From positions 96,373-106,681 of the forward strand of contig PBAU01000002.1 of assembly GCA_002716355.1 (NCBI GenBank): a DNA stretch of 10,309 nucleotides, read 5' to 3'. The notes below the pieces were generated by a model that was not told where the DNA came from, did not search any database, and saw nothing but the letters and a program-made list of their open reading frames with translations. The position numbers and the translations under genes are program-made. Origin of the DNA: a bacterium (lineage in GTDB: Bacteria > UBP7 > UBA6624). Shown one piece after another: positions 5,860-10,309 of the stretch (positions are counted from its first letter, which is position 1; every line of letters starts with the position of its first letter).

Positions 5860-5925
5860 TATTGGAAACGCTGCATAAAATAATAGCCTAAATATTTTTG
5901 TAGAATAGGGCTTGGAGGTTTTGTT

Positions 5926-6576
5926 ATGTTTTTATGGTTGATAATTTTCATGATCATTTCATCAGTGGTGCAGAATTCAGTGAGGAAATCCATGGATCGT
6001 GGCCACAGGATTCCCGAAGGCACAGGGATGACTGGAGCGCAGGCTGCAGAGGCTGTTCTTGAAAAGAAAGGCGTTTCTGGAATTGTTGTTGAGGAGGGCC
6101 GCTTTGACCATTATGACCCTAGGGAAAAGGCGATACGCCTGAGCCCGGAGAACTTCAGGAACTCCAGCGTCACTGCAGTTGCAGTCGCATTGCATGAGGC
6201 AGGACATGCACTGCAGCATGCCGAGGAAAGCGCTTCACTGAAAGTCAGGACAGCCTTTGTACCGGTTGCAAGCCTTGGAAGCTCAATGGCTGGGCCACTT
6301 CTGCTTTTCGGGATCTTCACTGGTGCCATGAACCTTGTCTGGCTTGGGATCATTGGTTTTGCGTTTGCGGTTGTTTTCCACATTGTGACATTGCCTGTCG
6401 AGTTTGACGCTTCCAACAGGGCGTTGACCATGGCTGAGGGTTACGGTTTCCTTAAATCTCCTGAGGAGATGAGGGCAGGGCGCAAGGTTCTGGGTTCAGC
6501 GGCATTGACATATGTTGTTGCGGCATTGATAGCACTTGTTCAGTTGATCCATTGGATTGGGATAGCCAGGCGATAA
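5926..6576 (+). CDS. Membrane Zn-metallopeptidase, YugP / Zn_peptidase_2 family
   Basis: 216-aa ORF with a GGAGG SD 8 nt upstream. It has an N-terminal TM segment. The segments MTGAQAAEAVLEKKG, DHYDPREKAIRLS and the HExxH motif in VALHEAGHALQH, plus C-terminal TM segments, match the layout of Bacillus YugP-like proteins (PF04298). Confidence 0.85.
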   Translation: MFLWLIIFMIISSVVQNSVRKSMDRGHRIPEGTGMTGAQAAEAVLEKKGVSGIVVEEGRFDHYDPREKAIRLSPENFRNSSVTAVAVALHEAGHALQHAEESASLKVRTAFVPVASLGSSMAGPLLLFGIFTGAMNLVWLGIIGFAFAVVFHIVTLPVEFDASNRALTMAEGYGFLKSPEEMRAGRKVLGSAALTYVVAALIALVQLIHWIGIARR

Positions 6577-6612
6577 GCCGGCCACCCCGCACCAAATTTA
6601 CCTAGATATTAC

Positions 6613-7290
6613 CTAATAGTCAACGCCGTAAGGTCGGCCATCCTCCCATTCTTCGCGGATGTTTCTTGTGAATTCGCTGAATATGTTTCTGAAGAGCCTT
6701 AATTTTCTGCCCCGCATCCTTTCAAAGAGCCATGTGGGAACCTCTATGTAGCAGCCATCGCCCAAATGGAATCTTCTCATCCTATAGTCATCACGATCCC
6801 AGTCATAGGGACGACGCCTCCTCCAAGGCGGTGGAGGGGGTATGGACCTCTCGTGGCGAGGAGTGTGGTCTCTTCGTTCATATACATCCATGCTTCTCAT
6901 TTTTTTTGGATTCGGTGCCTCCATGATCATCATGTCTGTTTTTGCCAACTCCCTTTCATCCTTGTAGTGTTCCGGAAACTCTCTTTTCATCTGCATCTTT
7001 ACCTCCTTGTTCGAGAACCCTTGATCCTGCCTTTTCAGGATCAGTTTTGCCAAGCTGTAGTGCTTGTGCCCATAACCTCCGCTCCTGCTGCGTTTTGGCT
7101 TTGGGAGAAGTCCTTCGACCACCCAGTAGCGAATCTTCCTCCCAAGCTTGCCTATTGCGGAATCTGTCATTGCAAGATCCTTTCCAATCCTTTCTGCAAG
7201 GTCTTTAAGTGTTATCTCCCCTGTTGGAAAGTCTTGCTGCAACCCAGTTGCCTGGTTTGCGAAAAATGGGCTTAATTCTTTTTTAGTCAT
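6613..7290 (-). CDS. Hypothetical DNA-binding protein with a MerR-like N-terminal HTH and an uncharacterised Arg/Pro-rich C-terminal region
   Basis: 225-aa ORF. ITLKDLAERIGK...RKIRYWVVEGLLPKPKRSRSGGYGHKHYSLAKLILKRQDQGFSNKEV resembles the MerR pattern (HTH, R-Y-W/Y-E-x-x-G-L-L, then Y-R-x-Y). The C-terminus contains PPPPPWRRRRPYDWDRDDYRMRRFHLGDGCYIEVP, which I do not recognise. Confidence 0.6.
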   Translation of the reverse strand: MTKKELSPFFANQATGLQQDFPTGEITLKDLAERIGKDLAMTDSAIGKLGRKIRYWVVEGLLPKPKRSRSGGYGHKHYSLAKLILKRQDQGFSNKEVKMQMKREFPEHYKDERELAKTDMMIMEAPNPKKMRSMDVYERRDHTPRHERSIPPPPPWRRRRPYDWDRDDYRMRRFHLGDGCYIEVPTWLFERMRGRKLRLFRNIFSEFTRNIREEWEDGRPYGVDY

Positions 7291-7303
7291 TTTTTGTGTT
7301 TTT

Positions 7304-7332
7304 ATTATATATTATATAAATGACAGTGTCAA
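7304..7332 (-). promoter_or_regulatory. Consensus sigma70-type promoter for the MerR-like gene, overlapped by a TGACA-N-TGTCA palindrome
   Basis: The minus strand reads TTGACA (7332..7327), a 17-nt spacer, then TATAAT (7309..7304). The -10 ends 13 nt before the ATG at 7290 and there is no SD, so the predicted mRNA is leaderless or has a very short leader. The palindrome TGACAGTGTCA at 7321..7331 overlaps the -35. Confidence 0.5.
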
Positions 7333-7434
7333 TTAAATAATATATATCATATAAATATAAAATATTTTCTATGAATATTGACAGTTTAAATATTTAAGTG
7401 ACACTATTAATTTAGGAATATTGTTTTAAGGCGA

Positions 7435-8379
7435 CTATTTAACGAGAGTGTTCTTGCCTTCTTTCCATACTGCTGCTTCGAAGTTGCCCGTTGTTGATCC
7501 GTATCCGGTTTTTCCATCGCGTCTCATTGCGACAAAGCCGACCATCCTGTCAGGCCTTGATGTATCGCGCCGTATTATCCTTTGGCAAACCCTTTTTATG
7601 GCATCATTGGGGTCCATTCCCTGCCTCATGAATTCCACTACTTGATAGCTTCCTGCAACCTTGATGACCTCTTCACCTACACCTGTTGCAGCCGCTCCGC
7701 CAGCTTCGTCGTCACAGTACAGCCCATGTGCAATTAATGGTGAATCGCCAACACGTCCAGGAATCTTCCAGGCAAGCCCGCTTGTTGTGCATGAGGCTGC
7801 CATCTTTCCGTCTTCTCCCATGAGAACCATCCCTATCGTGTCATGGTCCTCCCTTAAGGGGGCTTGTTTTTTCCAGGCCTCTTTGGCTTGTGGGGTTAGT
7901 AGATTCTCTTTTTTGAACCCATATTCAATAGCAAAATCTTGTGCTCCTTGTCCAACCAGGAGGACATGGGGTGTTTCTGAGAGGACTAATGATGCCACTG
8001 CAACGGGATGCTTGATCCCCTCGATTCCCGCCACAGCTCCAGCCTCCAAATCTTCTCCCCTCATGATTGCTGCATCAAGCTGGACTATGCCATCTCGGTT
8101 TGGCCAACCTCCATATCCCACGCTTGTGACATTTGGATCAGCTTCCGAAACCATCACGCCACGCTTTGCGGCTTCAATCGGATTGCCTGTGGTTTTTAGG
8201 ACCTTCGCAGCTTCTTCATTTGCTGCCAGGCCATGGTTCCATGTCGATATGATGATTGGCCCTTTGCCTTTTTTGACAGGTGAGGAATCTTGTTTTGACG
8301 GTTTTCCGCGAGGTCCAAGGAAACCCAGACCCGCTACTGTTGTCCCTTTCAGAAAATCCCTTCTTGAAAATTCAGTCAT
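7435..8379 (-). CDS. Tat-exported Ntn-hydrolase of the Asparaginase_2 family (glycosylasparaginase / isoaspartyl peptidase type)
   Basis: 314-aa ORF. The twin-arginine signal is SRRDFLKGTTVAGLGFLG. The segments TWNHG, SVGYGGWPNRDG, the autoprocessing site HDTIGM, and CTTSGLAWKIPGRVGDSPLIAHGLYCDDEAGGAAATGVGEE are classic for PF01112 glycosylasparaginases. Confidence 0.9.
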   Translation of the reverse strand: MTEFSRRDFLKGTTVAGLGFLGPRGKPSKQDSSPVKKGKGPIIISTWNHGLAANEEAAKVLKTTGNPIEAAKRGVMVSEADPNVTSVGYGGWPNRDGIVQLDAAIMRGEDLEAGAVAGIEGIKHPVAVASLVLSETPHVLLVGQGAQDFAIEYGFKKENLLTPQAKEAWKKQAPLREDHDTIGMVLMGEDGKMAASCTTSGLAWKIPGRVGDSPLIAHGLYCDDEAGGAAATGVGEEVIKVAGSYQVVEFMRQGMDPNDAIKRVCQRIIRRDTSRPDRMVGFVAMRRDGKTGYGSTTGNFEAAVWKEGKNTLVK

Positions 8380-8435
8380 TTTTGTTTATTAATTATACAG
8401 ATGTTAATGTCTATAATTAGGCTAGAGGTATTTTC

Positions 8436-9848
8436 ATGAAAAGAGTATTTTTATTGTTTGTTTTTTTCGCATTTTATGCTTGTGGAGGAGGGGGTTCAGG
8501 CAGTTCTGGTGCTGAAGACAATGAAAGACCAGACACGCTAATAACCAATCTTGGCTTGCTGGATGATCCAACCTCGGAAACTACCAGAACATATCAATTT
8601 ACCTGTAGCGATGGTCCTGTCCCGAATTCAAATTGCACTTATCAATGTAGATTCAACGGAGGGCCTTGGGGAGAATGTTCAAGCCCTGAAACATATGAAC
8701 CATTGACTCTTGGTTCGTATCTTTTTGAGGTTGTTGCAACTGATTTATCAGGCAACACAGACCTTTCACCTGCTTCTGACTCTTGGTCAGTTGTGCCGTT
8801 ATGGTCTCAGGAAATTTTAGATTCAGCAGATCCATGGGAGCATATGTGGACAAATTTAACATTTGATAATAATGACAATGCTCATATTGTCCTTTACAAC
8901 GATGTGGCAACAAGCGTCAATCATGTTTACAAAAACCTTATGGATGATACATGGAATGAGGTTGCAATTGACTTCAGTGGCGATGTTGGGGGATGGCCCA
9001 GCTCTGTTTTTGATGGTGTTAATCTCCATGTTTTTTATCATGATTTTGACAATGCTGATCTAAAGCATGCTGAACGAGATGTAATGGGGAATTGGTCAGT
9101 GAATGGTCCTGCAGGATACACCGGATTGGCAAACAATACCGGGAAATTCTCGAGTGCAGCATTGAATACAGTTAATGGTTCTGTCTATGCAGCGTTTCAA
9201 TGGGATGCTGATGCTTCGTGCCTGTTGAATGCTTGCAAAGATGAGATTAGGTACACAGGAACACCTTTATGGGAAAGCCCAGTTATAAAAGTGCAATCAT
9301 CAACAAACACCAGTCAAATGGGAGATGGACTCAGTCTGATTTTTGTAGGAGGCGATGAGCATATTGCCTTTCATCATGCGGGAACCTTGTGGTTTCTAGA
9401 CGATGCGTCAGAACTGACAGTGATTGATGATGTCAGTAGTGTAGGGACAAGCCCTTCACTTGGTTATGATGCCGATAATAGTAGGTTTTATGTTGCTTAC
9501 TGGGCACAAAACAAAATCAAAATTGCATCATCTGCAACAAATGGCGTCTCCTGGGAAACATTCATCTTTGGCGATGGTCAGTCTGATTTTGCTGGAATCG
9601 ACATGAAAATTGATAATGGTACAGTGCATGTATGCTGGACAAATCCCGTATCTCCATCCCAGCTCCTTTATCGTTCTGGTACATGGGACAACTGGAATGT
9701 TGAGGAGGTTGTTGACACCAATGTAGATCCCGACACCGAATTCAGCTATTGTTCTATAGACACGGACTCCTCAGGCGTTATCAAAATTTCGTATGTTGAA
9801 TCGAATTCAACTGATTCTCATTTGAAACTTGCTACAAGGGGAAGCTAA
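8436..9848 (+). CDS. Lipoprotein with an N-terminal Ig-like Cys-rich domain and a C-terminal ~7-blade beta-propeller-like region (one Asp-box/BNR-like motif)
   Basis: 470-aa ORF. MKRVFLLFVFFAFYACGGGGSGSSG is a signal peptide, lipobox and Gly/Ser linker. The recurring blade-like pattern is (h-h-Y/W ... L ... W): HIVLYND, LHVFYHD, SVYAAFQW, HIAFHH, RFYVAYW, TVHVCW, IKISYV. SSATNGVSW approximates the S-x-D-x-G-x-T-W Asp-box. I cannot assign a precise family. Confidence 0.8.
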   Translation: MKRVFLLFVFFAFYACGGGGSGSSGAEDNERPDTLITNLGLLDDPTSETTRTYQFTCSDGPVPNSNCTYQCRFNGGPWGECSSPETYEPLTLGSYLFEVVATDLSGNTDLSPASDSWSVVPLWSQEILDSADPWEHMWTNLTFDNNDNAHIVLYNDVATSVNHVYKNLMDDTWNEVAIDFSGDVGGWPSSVFDGVNLHVFYHDFDNADLKHAERDVMGNWSVNGPAGYTGLANNTGKFSSAALNTVNGSVYAAFQWDADASCLLNACKDEIRYTGTPLWESPVIKVQSSTNTSQMGDGLSLIFVGGDEHIAFHHAGTLWFLDDASELTVIDDVSSVGTSPSLGYDADNSRFYVAYWAQNKIKIASSATNGVSWETFIFGDGQSDFAGIDMKIDNGTVHVCWTNPVSPSQLLYRSGTWDNWNVEEVVDTNVDPDTEFSYCSIDTDSSGVIKISYVESNSTDSHLKLATRGS

Positions 9849-10309
9849 ATGTCAAAATTGAAAATTGGAATGGTTGGAGGAGGTCCTGATGCCTTTATAG
9901 GAGGGGTCCATAGGATCGCCCTCAATATGGATGGTGATTTTGATCTTGTTGCTGGAGCCTTCAGTTCAGATCCTGATAAAAGCAGGCAGACTGGAGATGA
10001 GCTTGAACTTGACCCTGAAAGGGTTTATGGTTCATGGATTGAAATGGCTGAAAAGGAGGCGCAGCTTCCAAGCGATCAACGCATTGATGCTGTTTCCATT
10101 GTGACTCCAAACCATATGCATGCGGGACCGATAATCGAATTCATAAACAGAGGCTTTCATGTCATCTGTGACAAGCCATTGACCACATCTTCAGAGAACG
10201 CTCAAGACATTAAGGATGTTGTTGATGCAAGCGATAGGATTTTTGCTCTAACCCATAATTACATTGGCTATCCGATCATCCGTGAGGCAAGGGATTTTGT
10301 CCAGGGTGG
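9849..10309 (+). CDS. Gfo/Idh/MocA family NAD(P)-dependent oxidoreductase (N-terminal part, truncated by the window's right edge)
   Basis: My own translation gives MSKLKIGMVGGGPDAFIGGVHRIALNMDGDFDLVAGAFSSDP...IDAVSIVTPNHMHAGPIIEFINRGFHVICDKPLTTS...THNYIGYPIIREARDFV. It has a Rossmann G-x-G-G-G start and the TPNH.H and C(D/E)KP motifs typical of the family. The ATG directly abuts the upstream TAA (TAAATG), and an AAGGGGA SD lies upstream. Confidence 0.9.
   Translation, partial: MSKLKIGMVGGGPDAFIGGVHRIALNMDGDFDLVAGAFSSDPDKSRQTGDELELDPERVYGSWIEMAEKEAQLPSDQRIDAVSIVTPNHMHAGPIIEFINRGFHVICDKPLTTSSENAQDIKDVVDASDRIFALTHNYIGYPIIREARDFVQG

Larger units (their letters stand above)
5670..5860 (-). repeat. 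Right copy (IR-R) of the ~190-bp inverted repeat element
   Basis: This is the reverse complement of 1581..1768 (see IR-L). It fills the divergent intergenic region between the small ORF/xylA operon (-) and the YugP-like gene (+). Confidence 0.9.

Noticed and set aside
1581-5860. Interpretation of the inverted repeats as terminal inverted repeats of a transposon
   Set aside because: No transposase or integrase lies between or beside them. The cargo is housekeeping-like (xylAB, csp). I find no direct target-site duplication flanking the outer ends (…CATTATAC on the left versus ATTGGAAA… on the right). The outer ends are the least conserved part, which is the opposite of functional TIRs.
5721-6023. 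100-aa minus-strand ORF from the track, running from inside the YugP-like gene through IR-R
   Set aside because: It overlaps the well-supported YugP-like start in antisense. Its C-terminal part is simply the repeat read in the frame where the two copies differ by 5 replacements versus 1 synonymous change. It has low-complexity G/R/K-rich composition and no SD.
6766-7275. 169-aa and other plus-strand ORFs (6732..6926, 6942..7208, 7148..7336) opposite the MerR-like gene
   Set aside because: These are mutually overlapping shadow frames with no start context. The minus-strand ORF has the HTH signature and a consensus promoter.
7386-7397. AT-only palindrome TTAAATATTTAA downstream of the asparaginase gene, considered as an intrinsic terminator
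   Set aside because: A 12-bp pure A/T stem would be very weak, and there is no GC-rich stem or distinct U-tract. It may simply reflect the extreme AT richness of 7291..7434.
7378-7409. Plus-strand TTGACA (7378..7383) with TATTAA 20 nt downstream, considered as a MerR-type long-spacer promoter
   Set aside because: It would drive transcription antisense into the 3' end of the asparaginase gene with no plus-strand ORF to serve. The -10 match is poor and easily produced by chance in AT-rich DNA.
7661-8392. 243-aa plus-strand ORF
   Set aside because: It is antisense to the asparaginase gene, which has unambiguous family motifs. Its Pro/Ser/Ala-rich low-complexity translation is typical of a shadow ORF.
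1-10309. Search for CRISPR arrays, tRNA, rRNA, integrases, toxin-antitoxin pairs or defence-system gene sets
   Set aside because: No regularly spaced short direct repeats are present. No intergenic region outside the two IR copies is long enough for a tRNA, and no T-loop GGTTCGAATCC-type T-arm consensus was seen. No ORF shows nuclease, ATPase, methylase or recombinase motifs.

Overview
This is a bacterial chromosomal window of moderate to low GC with eleven well-supported protein genes, two of them truncated by the window edges, plus a candidate 55-aa ORF. In order they are: a partial lipoprotein (1..464, -); a seven-repeat HAF-like lipoprotein (508..1548, -); a secreted C13 legumain-like cysteine peptidase (1792..2706, +); a CspA-family cold-shock protein (2754..2963, +); a xylA-xylB operon on the minus strand (2960..5418), preceded by an untracked 55-aa small membrane ORF (5450..5617, -); a YugP-type membrane Zn-metallopeptidase (5926..6576, +); a MerR-like HTH protein with an odd Arg/Pro-rich C-terminus (6613..7290, -); a Tat-exported glycosylasparaginase-type Ntn hydrolase (7435..8379, -); an Ig-like plus beta-propeller lipoprotein (8436..9848, +); and, directly abutting it (TAAATG), a partial Gfo/Idh/MocA oxidoreductase (9849..10309, +). 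I saw no tRNA, rRNA, CRISPR array, transposase or recombinase. The most unusual feature is non-coding. A ~190-bp element occurs twice in inverted orientation (1581..1768 and 5670..5860). Its 149-bp core is about 94% identical between copies by manual alignment. The two copies bracket the 3.9-kb segment carrying the C13 peptidase, csp, xylB, xylA and small ORF. Each copy fills a divergent intergenic region in the same relative orientation to its flanking genes. Each copy contains two G6-N(6-10)-G6 modules (perfect mirror repeats in the right copy), a GCATGCATGC palindrome, a GC-rich TGTGCGCA-type palindromic core, a ~12-bp long-range internal stem, and a 19-21 codon Cys/His-rich micro-ORF whose few substitutions between copies are mostly synonymous. 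Half-sites of the GC-rich core recur as a 9-bp hairpin over the annotated xylA start. I regard this as a candidate undescribed regulatory or recombinogenic repeat family. Its function cannot be determined from one window.
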